From IMG/VR virus record IMGVR_UViG_3300006076_000002, positions 28,859 through 92,858 of that record: a stretch of DNA of 64,000 nucleotides; one strand, given 5' to 3'. Shown here piece after piece: positions 48,662 to 58,239 of this stretch. Source of the stretch: a virus. Position 1 is the first letter of the stretch. Each line of letters opens with the position of its first letter. The notes beneath the pieces are model-generated. The model searched no databases, was not told the DNA's origin, and saw only the letters and a program-made list of their open reading frames with translations. Position numbers and translations under genes: made by a program.

Positions 48662-48872
48662 TCACTCTTTTTAACTCTATAATACATTCTAACAAAGCAC
48701 TGATGACTTCGGTATCAGTTTTTCTGTCAAATGAACAGTTCACATCTGGAACTACACATTTCACAGGAACCTTTACTTCATAAGGCTTATCTACATATCT
48801 AACTATAGGTTTAGTAACGCAACCACTAAAGGTCACTGTAGTTAATACGCTTAACAGCACTGATTTGTTCAT
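48636..48872 (-). CDS. o-spanin lipoprotein (Rz1-like)
   Basis: Signal MNKSVLLSVLTTVTFSG-C lipobox; overlaps the 3' end of the i-spanin; Pro/Cys-rich. Confidence 0.75.
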   Translation of the reverse strand: MNKSVLLSVLTTVTFSGCVTKPIVRYVDKPYEVKVPVKCVVPDVNCSFDRKTDTEVISALLECIIELKRVNEVCSDDR

Positions 48873-49212
48873 GAAGTTTTTTACAGTCATTGCTTTTTAT
48901 CTTTCTAATTTTGTATATGGTATTATACCGTATTTCTGCAGGTTTTGCTTTCCATTCAGCTAGTTTTTTATCTGCTTTTTGCTTATCTAACTCTAACATT
49001 TCGATTTTACTAGATTGTTTATCTAATGCAGCCTTATACCTACTACCCTCTAATCTACTATTAGCTAGCTCTATGTAACTATCTTTAAGGTCATTCCTTA
49101 ATCCAGCTATCTGTACCTTCAAGCTATGTACGTAGAAGTATAATCCTATCAGCAGTGCAACTACCATACCAGACATAATTAAGTTCTTATACACGTTTAG
49201 TTGTGCAAACAT
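48826..49212 (-). CDS. i-spanin (Rz-like)
   Basis: N-terminal TM segment followed by coiled coil. Confidence 0.7.
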   Translation of the reverse strand: MFAQLNVYKNLIMSGMVVALLIGLYFYVHSLKVQIAGLRNDLKDSYIELANSRLEGSRYKAALDKQSSKIEMLELDKQKADKKLAEWKAKPAEIRYNTIYKIRKIKSNDCKKLHEQISAVKRINYSDL

Positions 49213-49422
49213 TCAGTTACCTTCACTAGGAGCCGTACTCCAATTACTTTTAACTACCCAACCTAACACACCAAATACGCTTGTGTATATAGCACCAACA
49301 GCTACTTCACCTACTTCTTTTATCTGTTGTAAGTATTCAGGTCTAGTCATATTCCATGCTAAGTATATAAAGAATACTATGATAGTGTACCTTACTGCTA
49401 TTTTTATATCTGACCTATTCAT
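49213..49422 (-). CDS. putative holin
   Basis: 69 aa, two TM segments, in lysis cassette. Confidence 0.55.
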   Translation of the reverse strand: MNRSDIKIAVRYTIIVFFIYLAWNMTRPEYLQQIKEVGEVAVGAIYTSVFGVLGWVVKSNWSTAPSEGN

Positions 49423-49763
49423 TGTATTGCCATTAAATCTTCAATAGTTTTTTGTTTTCCGTAACTAAAGTATTTACTACCAAATAATCTCACAGCTTTA
49501 TAGTAGGTATAAGCCCACACACTGTAGTATACTCGTTTAATTAAGCAATCTTCGTTTGCAGTGTCTAGTTGCATGTAGCTATAAAACGCATCATCTGCTT
49601 TTTTTCTATCTTCCTCTACACCGCCTTTCCAGTAAAGGAAGTCATGGTGGTCACATGATGCGTGAAATAGAAACTCAGGTGGATTAATAAACCCACCTTT
49701 TCCACCGCATCCATTACATATCTTAGTTTTTTGTTCTGGTGTTAAGTCTCTATAATGCAACAT
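49419..49763 (-). CDS. DUF1353/phospholipase-A2-like helical protein
   Basis: CNGCG...CDHHDFLY...RKKADDAF...YYKAVRLFG. Confidence 0.6.
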   Translation of the reverse strand: MLHYRDLTPEQKTKICNGCGGKGGFINPPEFLFHASCDHHDFLYWKGGVEEDRKKADDAFYSYMQLDTANEDCLIKRVYYSVWAYTYYKAVRLFGSKYFSYGKQKTIEDLMAIQ

Positions 49764-49764
49764 C

Positions 49765-50217
49765 TTATACCTCTATTGCATCTAACTCGTCTTGAGTAGT
49801 GCAGGCTTTAATAGCATCTCTCTTTGCTACCATAACACCTTCCCTTTGAGCTAAATAATTTACTTTTGCAAGTATAGAAGCAACATATTCCGCCTTAGTT
49901 ACAGTACCGTTATAACCAAGCAAGATATTATCTAGTATAGGTGTTGGAGAAGCACTGTCTAAGTCATAAGCTAAAGCTTCTCTCTTTTTGTCTTCAAATG
50001 TTGCTACTTCACTTTGTGGGTACTGAGCCAAGTAAGTATCGTATTCTTCTTGATATTTATCTTGAAGCTGTTTGATTTTTTGTTGTTTGAGTTCTTCAAG
50101 TGTTGGTGTTATCACAACCTCTGGCACTAACTCCCAATCTGAACTATCAACTCTATTGTCTATAAATTCTTGACTTGCTACAATTATATTACCTGTTTTT
50201 ATGTTTCTAAACTTCAT
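49765..50217 (-). CDS. tail fibre assembly chaperone-like protein (module 2)
   Basis: C-terminal half closely similar to 52441..52947 (KIKQLQDKYQE.YDTYLA.YP.SEVA.F...IKACTTQDELDAI.V). Confidence 0.65.
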   Translation of the reverse strand: MKFRNIKTGNIIVASQEFIDNRVDSSDWELVPEVVITPTLEELKQQKIKQLQDKYQEEYDTYLAQYPQSEVATFEDKKREALAYDLDSASPTPILDNILLGYNGTVTKAEYVASILAKVNYLAQREGVMVAKRDAIKACTTQDELDAIEV

Positions 50218-50218
50218 A

Positions 50219-50977
50219 TTAGTTATCCTTTATGTAAATTATTAAGGCAAAACCACTTGCCCCATCGGCACTTGCATAATACTCTCTGCACCCACTCCCA
50301 GCTCCTAGTATTGGAGGAGGTGGTGTTTGCGCACCAGCATCCCCACCATTAGCTAGTAGTGACCTTGCTCCTCCACTTTGCCATCTTGTACTATCACTAT
50401 TATTGTTGTTACCGTTTGTAAATCCAAAATTGTTATGTGTAGTGTCCAATAGTAGCTGTAATTCTTTTGAAGTATATACTTTTGTCGCTCCATTCTTATC
50501 AACCCCATCAGGAGCAAATAGTAAAGAAGGTTCATTGATAGATATGTATGAACCATCGGTAACGCCCACACCCCCGTTTTGTATTGATGCTGTAGAAAAA
50601 TAATCCCCAAATTGACTTATATCCCCTGCATTACCATCAGTTTTAGCAGTATCACTACCGTTCCCATCAACACCTGCACCACCTGCACCGATTGTTATAT
50701 CTATGGAATCGCCCTTAGCTAGAAATAAAGATTTTACAACCATATCACCACATCCACCACCAGTCCCATCACAATTATCAGCATTCCCAACAGCGGCACC
50801 AGAGCCTCCTCCACCGCTCAAAAAGACCAAATATCTTCCATTGTTTGGTACTGTCCAAGTTACAGAAGTATCTACTAATATAGAATATGTATTTATCTTC
50901 AAATAGTTAAATAGTGTATTTGTCAAATCATTTTTTACCTTATCAGAACCACCCATAAAATCTGTAAAATTACTCAT
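50219..50977 (-). CDS. glycine-rich tail/receptor-binding protein (module 2)
   Basis: WTVP...GGGGSG...ITIGAGGAG...G.ISQFG Gly-rich domain; start refined to the TAATG overlap. Confidence 0.7.
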   Translation of the reverse strand: MSNFTDFMGGSDKVKNDLTNTLFNYLKINTYSILVDTSVTWTVPNNGRYLVFLSGGGGSGAAVGNADNCDGTGGGCGDMVVKSLFLAKGDSIDITIGAGGAGVDGNGSDTAKTDGNAGDISQFGDYFSTASIQNGGVGVTDGSYISINEPSLLFAPDGVDKNGATKVYTSKELQLLLDTTHNNFGFTNGNNNNSDSTRWQSGGARSLLANGGDAGAQTPPPPILGAGSGCREYYASADGASGFALIIYIKDN

Positions 50978-52431
50978 TATTTTATCCTCCAATCCCCATT
51001 AATATAAATAAGTTCAAAACTTATGTTTTTTGTATCTACTACCATATCTTCAGCCAACCCCATTATAAGTTTTCCATTTCTTAGTATTGTTAGAGCATTT
51101 GTATCAAACATACCTTTAAAGTCTAAGAAACCTATTACACTGTTCTCTAGTGGTGTAGATGGCAGTGTTATGGTAATAGGACCTACTTTGTTCTCTACAG
51201 TAACAACTACTTGCATATTACCGTTAACGCTCACAGTAAATGCAGTTCCAGCCGTATTAGCCGTAAGCAATATAGTGGAACTACCTGAATCAGTTGCTGT
51301 TACATTATCATCAGATATCGCATCCAGTATACCATTAATTATGTCTTGAACAGTATCGGGTGGCACATTATCTGTTGTAGTAGATGTAGAGATGTTATCT
51401 GTATTTGTTGTACTGCTATCTATAACAACAGTTTGAGGTACACCAGCTGTAACGGCAGTTATTGTTACGTTACCATTACCATCACTTTCACCGTTCGATA
51501 TTAAATCAGCTATACCGTCACCAATAGACCCAACTGTAGAATCTGTACCAGCAGTATAGCTATATACAGTTCCATCTACATCTACTGCGTACACATCTCC
51601 ATCTACTGCTGTACCTACTACAACAGTGTCTACTTGTGCAACAGGGGTTGTTGAGGTATAGGTATAATCTGTACCATTTATGGTAACAGCGTAATCTGTA
51701 CTATCTACTACTACTATACCACTAATAGTATCTACTTGTGCTATACTTTCTGTATCTACGAATGAATACTCTTTAGCATTTACAGTTTTATCAGCAGTAA
51801 CTGTTGAGTACACAAACGCATTACCACCTGTAACTACCATCCAATCACTACTAATAAGGCTTGGAGTGCTAGTATTACTTGCAATCTTACTTATGTAAAA
51901 GTACTCATCAGTGTAACTGATAGTATCACCTATTGCGTATCCATTACCACTATTATAGTCACTTACCCAGTCACCTTTATAGTTAGCGGAACTTTGTGCT
52001 ATCTGTGCATTACCGTAAGCATCTTGTATAGCTGGCATATTAGTTACCACTGTATTAATGTTACTAGTATTATCTGCTACTGTAATGATGTCATCTTTAA
52101 TATCTAGTATACCCTGTACATTATCCGTAGCTGTAACTATATCTACTGCAGATATCATATAACTGATTGTTGCTACCACGCCTGAATCAAGCACTACACT
52201 CAAATCGGTACTGGCGCCTAGGTTGATCTTATCAGCCACAGCTAGTGTAGCTCCAGTAGCTATAGTCTCTGTGAATACAATAGTACCGTTAACTTTCACA
52301 GTTGCACTAGCATCTGCTCCGTTAGGGTTGTAAAACAGTATACTATATACTACATTTTCCTCTGTCGATGTACCAGAGATAGCAGTTAACTCTGTGCCAT
52401 CTCCGGTTATCGATACTGATCTGAATGCCAT
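50977..52431 (-). CDS. tail fibre/adaptor protein (module 2) with two nested domains
   Basis: Paralog of 53561..54451 (ANYKGDW, ITLP..P, RNG.LI.GL.ED, NGDWR). Confidence 0.75.
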   Translation of the reverse strand: MAFRSVSITGDGTELTAISGTSTEENVVYSILFYNPNGADASATVKVNGTIVFTETIATGATLAVADKINLGASTDLSVVLDSGVVATISYMISAVDIVTATDNVQGILDIKDDIITVADNTSNINTVVTNMPAIQDAYGNAQIAQSSANYKGDWVSDYNSGNGYAIGDTISYTDEYFYISKIASNTSTPSLISSDWMVVTGGNAFVYSTVTADKTVNAKEYSFVDTESIAQVDTISGIVVVDSTDYAVTINGTDYTYTSTTPVAQVDTVVVGTAVDGDVYAVDVDGTVYSYTAGTDSTVGSIGDGIADLISNGESDGNGNVTITAVTAGVPQTVVIDSSTTNTDNISTSTTTDNVPPDTVQDIINGILDAISDDNVTATDSGSSTILLTANTAGTAFTVSVNGNMQVVVTVENKVGPITITLPSTPLENSVIGFLDFKGMFDTNALTILRNGKLIMGLAEDMVVDTKNISFELIYINGDWRIK

Positions 52432-52440
52432 TATGCTCTC

Positions 52441-52947
52441 CTATACTTGAATTGCATCTAACTCATCCTGAGTAGTGCAAGCTTTAATTTGGTCTCTAAT
52501 TTCTACCATAGCTCCCTCTTTACCAGCTAAGTACAGTACCTTATTTAGGACTGACTGGATATACTCTTCTTTGGCTGTAGAAGGCATACTAGCTACAATA
52601 GCATCTATTATAGGAGTAGGTGAAGTATTATCTAAGTTGTAAGCTAAAGCTTCTTTCTTTTTATCCGGGAATGATGCTACTTCTGACTTAGGGTATTTAG
52701 CTAAATAAGTATCATAGTCTTCTTGATATTTATCTTGTAATTGTTTTATTTTAGCTTGCTTTTGTTCATCTAATGTCAGAGGTGACGGTAAAATAAAATT
52801 AGAACCATTGTAAGTGTCTCCAATACTTGGCAATGTTGCTAAATTCGTTACATCAATCATTACTATTGTGTTGTCAAACTCCGGTAGCACTTCATACTCG
52901 AATACTCCGTGTACTTTATTATTCACTATTTGTGCATATTTTTTCAT
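52441..52947 (-). CDS. tail fibre assembly chaperone-like protein (module 1)
   Basis: MKKYAQI.NNKV...PSIGDTYNG..F..P; ATGA-coupled start at 52947. Confidence 0.65.
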   Translation of the reverse strand: MKKYAQIVNNKVHGVFEYEVLPEFDNTIVMIDVTNLATLPSIGDTYNGSNFILPSPLTLDEQKQAKIKQLQDKYQEDYDTYLAKYPKSEVASFPDKKKEALAYNLDNTSPTPIIDAIVASMPSTAKEEYIQSVLNKVLYLAGKEGAMVEIRDQIKACTTQDELDAIQV

Positions 52948-53561
52948 TTTACTTGCTCCAATACTATACAAATTCCATCAGTTCCTGCACCGTTCGCTGT
53001 TCCACCAACCCCATAAGGTCTTGGACCTGCACCACCGCCGCCTGAATCACCATCTGCTGGCTCTCCTTGGAAAATTAGAGTATCACTTGTACCATCAAGT
53101 AAGAATGAAGACGTTGAAATAACTAGTAGATTAGAGATAATTTGAGGTACAACATAAATTCCACCATTTCCTGCACCATTACCATTTCCTGCAGCCCCGT
53201 TACCACCACCATTTACACCTATACTTCCACTGTCAGTTCCGACATTTCCTCCTATTGCACTTAAGTATGTCCCAAAAGACGTTGTACCACCAGAGGAGCC
53301 AGCAGCACCTCCAGTACCTATAGTTACATCTACTGATTCTCCTTTTGAAAGCGTAACTTTTTTTATTAAAAACCCGGAACCAGAACCTCCGTCATAATAC
53401 GATTCATCTGAACTACCGCCTCCACCTCCACAACAAACAATAATATAGTCTCCTGCGTAAGGGGCAACATATGTAGAATTTGTTGTTATCTCTGCAGCTT
53501 TTAATGAGAATGGATACACCACTCCTCCAGAACCACCTAAGTATTCTGTTATACTACTCAT
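52944..53561 (-). CDS. glycine-rich tail/receptor-binding protein (module 1)
   Basis: GGGGG...VTIGTGG...GGTTSFGTYLSAIGG...G.DGICIV. Confidence 0.7.
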   Translation of the reverse strand: MSSITEYLGGSGGVVYPFSLKAAEITTNSTYVAPYAGDYIIVCCGGGGGSSDESYYDGGSGSGFLIKKVTLSKGESVDVTIGTGGAAGSSGGTTSFGTYLSAIGGNVGTDSGSIGVNGGGNGAAGNGNGAGNGGIYVVPQIISNLLVISTSSFLLDGTSDTLIFQGEPADGDSGGGGAGPRPYGVGGTANGAGTDGICIVLEQVK

Positions 53562-54451
53562 TATCTCACCCTCCAATCACCATTTACAAACATCAATTCC
53601 ATACTCAATCCTTTTTTATCTAATGTTAAGTCTTCATCTAATCCAACTATTAAGTTACCGTTTCTAGCTACTGTAACATTGTTAGTATCAAAGCTGTCTT
53701 TCACGTCCATGAACCCTACTATATCAAAGTTAGCTGGACTTGCTGGTAGTGTAACTGTGAATGCTGCTGAAGTAGTATCTGCTAGTACGTAATCAAACAC
53801 ACTTGCTGTATAATCATCACTCTCTTCAACGTACTTGTATGCACTATCCTGATTGAATTTCCAGTTAGCGTCACTTGTGAAGTCTACCGGGCTAGCCGTA
53901 TTTGCATCTATCTTGCTTACATACGTTCTACCATTGAATGTAACTGAGTCACCTACCGCATACCCATCTATATAAGTATCATTCCAGTCACCTTTATAGT
54001 TAGCACTAGCTTTAGCACTATCTGCATATACTATTGCTTTATCTATGTTGTTCAGGTCTGCTGCTACTGCATCTAAATTGCTTTTATCTGCGTACAATAC
54101 ATCTATTGAAGGTTTCAAGTCTACAACTGTTTGTACTGTACTGTTTACTGATACTACATCAGCTGCTTGCAGCAAGTAGTTACATGTAATGTTTACTGCT
54201 GTACCTGCTACCACATCTAATGTGCTAGACGTATTTAAGTTAATTTTATCTGCTAGTTTTACACTTGCACCTGCGTCAACATCCACTTTATACACTGTTG
54301 TGTCATTTATCTGAAACTCTACTGTTTCAACTGCAGTACCACTGTTATACAGAAATATACTGTAAACTACTACTTCATTAACATCATTGGTAGTAACTAA
54401 GTTAACCGGTGTAGAATCATTACCTACTTTATATGAGCTTTTGAATGCCAT
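53561..54451 (-). CDS. tail fibre/adaptor protein (module 1)
   Basis: YAVGDSVTFNGRTYVS carbohydrate-binding-like segment; uninterrupted C-terminal DTTSAAFTVTLPASP...DWR domain. Confidence 0.75.
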   Translation of the reverse strand: MAFKSSYKVGNDSTPVNLVTTNDVNEVVVYSIFLYNSGTAVETVEFQINDTTVYKVDVDAGASVKLADKINLNTSSTLDVVAGTAVNITCNYLLQAADVVSVNSTVQTVVDLKPSIDVLYADKSNLDAVAADLNNIDKAIVYADSAKASANYKGDWNDTYIDGYAVGDSVTFNGRTYVSKIDANTASPVDFTSDANWKFNQDSAYKYVEESDDYTASVFDYVLADTTSAAFTVTLPASPANFDIVGFMDVKDSFDTNNVTVARNGNLIVGLDEDLTLDKKGLSMELMFVNGDWRVR

Positions 54452-54460
54452 ATGTAACCC

Positions 54461-54703
54461 CTATCCAAGTACGATAGCCATAGCTACCGCTTGCTGTTTA
54501 CCTGTAGCTTCTACTACAGCTAATCTACTTTGCACTTCAGACTCTAAGTCAGCTACTGTAGTATCTACATTTGTCATTTTGACATCTACATCTGCTAATT
54601 TAGTATCTACCGTGTTTGTCAGTTCATTAGATTTTGTCTCAAACTCGTCTAAGAACTGTTGACGTGTGAACTTTTGTGTAACTGATTTATAACTAATAGC
54701 CAT
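54461..54703 (-). CDS. small coiled-coil tail connector
   Basis: Heptad pattern ending AVAMAIVLG; TAATG start at 54703. Confidence 0.6.
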   Translation of the reverse strand: MAISYKSVTQKFTRQQFLDEFETKSNELTNTVDTKLADVDVKMTNVDTTVADLESEVQSRLAVVEATGKQQAVAMAIVLG

Positions 54704-57700
54704 TATTCGAATCTCCAATCATTATCTACACATACTAGTTCTATGTGCATGTTATCTACATCTAGTACGAGGTCATCTGCATTGCCATGTATTAATGCAC
54801 CGTTTCTATGCATAACTACATTATCAGTAGCGAAGTCACCTTTATCATCAACTATTTGTACAATTATACCATCTTCCGGGTTAGAAGGCAAGGTAATGTT
54901 TCTACATCCAGGTTGATTAGCTACTACGCTAGTTAATGACATGTTACCTTTAACTAAGGATATATCATACCCTACACCTGCTGTTTCAGCTGTAATAGTT
55001 ACCTCATTATTTTCATTAGTTGCTGTTAATTTTGAATTACCTAGATTATTAATAGCATCTGTCATACCTAGTACAATTTCTGCTAGTGTAGCTTCATCAG
55101 CTGAGTGTTCTGTTATATCCATATCTCCAGCACTAATAGTAACCGTTTGATCTTGATCATGGTCATCTGAAGATATAGTTAAGTACGTAGTCTTATCTAC
55201 TGCAGTCACAGGTTCACTTAATGCGTTAATTGCATCTACTAAACCAGCGGTAATTTCCCCTAGTTCGGCTTTCTCTGCTGCAGTAATTAGTGTTATTACT
55301 ACGTCATCACTATCCGTTGTGCTAAATGGGTCACCAGCATTACTTCCAGTCAGCTTTACTTTACTATCTACTATAGTTGCTACTACTGGTACGGAACTAT
55401 TATTAACTGCATCCTTCAATCCGCTTAGTATTTCATCTAATGTGGCTGTGTTATTAGCTCTAACAATAGCTGTACTCATTTGTCCTGATACGATATCTAA
55501 TGTAAACGCTACGCCTGCTACATCCGCTTCAACAAGTACTACGCCTGAACTTACTACAGAGGCAGTAACATCTGCACTTGTATTACTATCATTATTGATT
55601 GCATCTACCAACCCTTGAGTTATTTCTGCTTCTGTAGCTTTATCCGCTTCTACAGTTGTACTTACTTCCATATCACCATTAGACACTGAAGATGTAAACG
55701 CCTCACCTGCAGTATTACCTTCTATTTTTACATCCATATTATCAGCAGAGGCTGTAACTACTGCGCTAGTATCTGAGTCATTATTTATAGCATCTACCAA
55801 TCCATCCCTAATTTCGTCAACTGTAGCGTCATCATCTGAAGTATAACTAACTTCTGTACCAGCTATAATGATAGAGTACAATGCACTATCTGCTGCCGTT
55901 ATAGAAGTTATCTTATCTATCTGTGCTACTGCTGCATCTGATACGTATGCTACCTCATTACCATTAATGCTTACCTTATACGAAGTGCTATCTTCTACTG
56001 TAATACTGTCAATATTGTTTTGCTGTGCCACATCATCACTTGATACATAGCTAATTGTTGTATTATCAATACCAAACTCATAGTTATGGCTACTTTGTAC
56101 ACTCTGCACTTCTGCATCACTTACTTGTGCTACCAGTGGATCTGAGTGATATGTTGCATCTGTACTATTAACACTAATTGTGTAATCACTATCATGTGCA
56201 ACTGTGATGTTATTCACTGTGAATGTTTGATTAACGTACGCATCTGACGTATATGCAGCACTTTCCCCGTCAATGCTAACTTCGTATGTTGATCCATTCT
56301 CTGCTACTATGCTAGTTAATGTATCTTGCTGTGTTGTAGCTGTACTATCACATAGTACTAAGGATGTAGTATCTACTGTAATGTCACTATTTGCATTGAT
56401 TACTGTCTTACCTGTACCGTTAGTTACTTTGAAGTACGATAAGTCTCCATTATCCAACAGCACTTTATAGGTGTCTGTAGCATTCAACTTACCAGCAGTA
56501 CCACTTGGGTCTGTTGTAGTGTAGAACGTAACTGAAGCTATTCCTGGACCTGTATCACCTTTATCCCCTTTACCGAATGGTATTGCATTACTCCAGTCTC
56601 CTGACGTATCACTACGTTTAATATATAGCTCACCTGTATCTGTAGCTAGGAATGAGAAGTCTTTAGGCTGCCCATCGAAGTTATCTCTTTCAGCTAATGT
56701 TCCAGTCGCATTTACATTGAATGCATCACCTCTATCACCTTTAGGTCCTTGAGGAATACCTAGTATTAACTTGTTACCGTTCGAGTCATATGAAACACTA
56801 GCTGCACTTCCAGCTGTCAGTGTTAATGCATCTGCACCTAATGTGTGAATACTATTAGCTTGCGCTGTAGCAGTATCCGCTGCTGTCTGTGCTTGTTGGG
56901 CTGAAGCCGCTGCATTCTGAGCATTAGTTAATGATGCTAGTACCTCAGTGAGATTATCTACTACTGTTTGTATCTCTGCTTCTTTATCTGCAACTGTTTG
57001 TAAAGCGTTATTGTCAATCTTGCTAACTACTTTATCGATGTTACCGTTATCGATATTGTCTACTAATTTAGTCACATTACCGTTATCCACTTCTGTAACT
57101 ACTTTAGCTATATTACCAGCATCGATGTTACTTACTATCTTAGCTACTGATCCGTCATCCACTACTGTTACTATCTTACTTACATTACTATTAGTTATAT
57201 TATTGTATACAGTAGTTAACATATTCAAGCTATTTGCAATTTGCAATAGTATACTATTAGTACTACCCAACTGGATATCATCTGCTAGTGTTTTAATCTT
57301 TGATGAAGCATCCTGCAAGTCAGTTGCTACTGTAGTAGTGTAATTAGTACCACCTGCTTTTACATCATTATACAGCACTGTGAAGTTCGATATCTCTGCA
57401 TATAGGCTTTCTAGCTTATCTATGTTGCTGTATAAACTATCTGTATTTACTGTTAATCCACCTAGGTTGCTTTGTAGTAGTAATAACTCATCAATCTTAC
57501 TAGCTAGTGATACGATACTATTTATTTGTGCACCTATTGATATCAACTCAGATACCCTATTCGATAGTACCTCTAGTGATGATGTAGTTTGTGCCCAGTA
57601 GTACTCTTCCACATTCTTAGAAATATAATGCAGTAGCTCAATACGTAGGAACGTAGCAGTCTTACCGTCTGTATCATACAATCTAACTATTGTAGGCTTA

Positions 57701-58239
57701 TCTACTATTGTTTCATTCAGTAGTTCATACTCTACGTTAACTACATGTTTAAACTCATCTGGCTCATTTGCGTTATAATCCATAATTGCATCTTTAATAT
57801 GCTGTAGTATTACCGATGGTGACTCTGTTTCATTAACTACTGTTGTACCCGGTGCATAAAATGGCCACTCAATTGTAACCCCATCCTGCGTAACTATGTT
57901 TACTTGCTCAAACTTAGGAGCTACTCCATCCTCACCAATCAGCTTGGATAAGTCAATATCTATCTTTCTATTACCTAGGTAGTTACCTTTAGCTAAGTCT
58001 TGTGTAATCTCAATCAAGTTAGCTGTAGATAAGTCTGCTAGTGTCTGCGCAGATAGTGTAGTTAAGTTCTGTAGTGCAGCTGCCAGTACACTGAAGTCTA
58101 CTCCTGTACCTAGTTCATTAGCCAGTGTAACTACATCATTAATGTTTTTAGCTACTAATTCTACCTGATCGTATTTACTATTCAGCTGCTCACTGATAAC
58201 AGCTTCAATGTTACTGTTTAATATTGGTGTAATTGCCAT
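54703..58239 (-). CDS. long tail fibre/appendage protein with collagen-like triplets and five nested domains
   Basis: Coiled coils, GPKGDRGD and GKGDKGDTGPG, repeated YTSD and EI..GL.DAIN units; C-terminal ITLP...RNG...DWR domain. Confidence 0.8.
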   Translation of the reverse strand: MAITPILNSNIEAVISEQLNSKYDQVELVAKNINDVVTLANELGTGVDFSVLAAALQNLTTLSAQTLADLSTANLIEITQDLAKGNYLGNRKIDIDLSKLIGEDGVAPKFEQVNIVTQDGVTIEWPFYAPGTTVVNETESPSVILQHIKDAIMDYNANEPDEFKHVVNVEYELLNETIVDKPTIVRLYDTDGKTATFLRIELLHYISKNVEEYYWAQTTSSLEVLSNRVSELISIGAQINSIVSLASKIDELLLLQSNLGGLTVNTDSLYSNIDKLESLYAEISNFTVLYNDVKAGGTNYTTTVATDLQDASSKIKTLADDIQLGSTNSILLQIANSLNMLTTVYNNITNSNVSKIVTVVDDGSVAKIVSNIDAGNIAKVVTEVDNGNVTKLVDNIDNGNIDKVVSKIDNNALQTVADKEAEIQTVVDNLTEVLASLTNAQNAAASAQQAQTAADTATAQANSIHTLGADALTLTAGSAASVSYDSNGNKLILGIPQGPKGDRGDAFNVNATGTLAERDNFDGQPKDFSFLATDTGELYIKRSDTSGDWSNAIPFGKGDKGDTGPGIASVTFYTTTDPSGTAGKLNATDTYKVLLDNGDLSYFKVTNGTGKTVINANSDITVDTTSLVLCDSTATTQQDTLTSIVAENGSTYEVSIDGESAAYTSDAYVNQTFTVNNITVAHDSDYTISVNSTDATYHSDPLVAQVSDAEVQSVQSSHNYEFGIDNTTISYVSSDDVAQQNNIDSITVEDSTSYKVSINGNEVAYVSDAAVAQIDKITSITAADSALYSIIIAGTEVSYTSDDDATVDEIRDGLVDAINNDSDTSAVVTASADNMDVKIEGNTAGEAFTSSVSNGDMEVSTTVEADKATEAEITQGLVDAINNDSNTSADVTASVVSSGVVLVEADVAGVAFTLDIVSGQMSTAIVRANNTATLDEILSGLKDAVNNSSVPVVATIVDSKVKLTGSNAGDPFSTTDSDDVVITLITAAEKAELGEITAGLVDAINALSEPVTAVDKTTYLTISSDDHDQDQTVTISAGDMDITEHSADEATLAEIVLGMTDAINNLGNSKLTATNENNEVTITAETAGVGYDISLVKGNMSLTSVVANQPGCRNITLPSNPEDGIIVQIVDDKGDFATDNVVMHRNGALIHGNADDLVLDVDNMHIELVCVDNDWRFE
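57001..57189 (-). repeat. about five 12-aa repeats (VDxGNxxKxVxx) in the tail fibre
   Basis: VDDGSVAKIVSN/IDAGNIAKVVTE/VDNGNVTKLVDN/IDNGNIDKVVSK. Confidence 0.7.
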
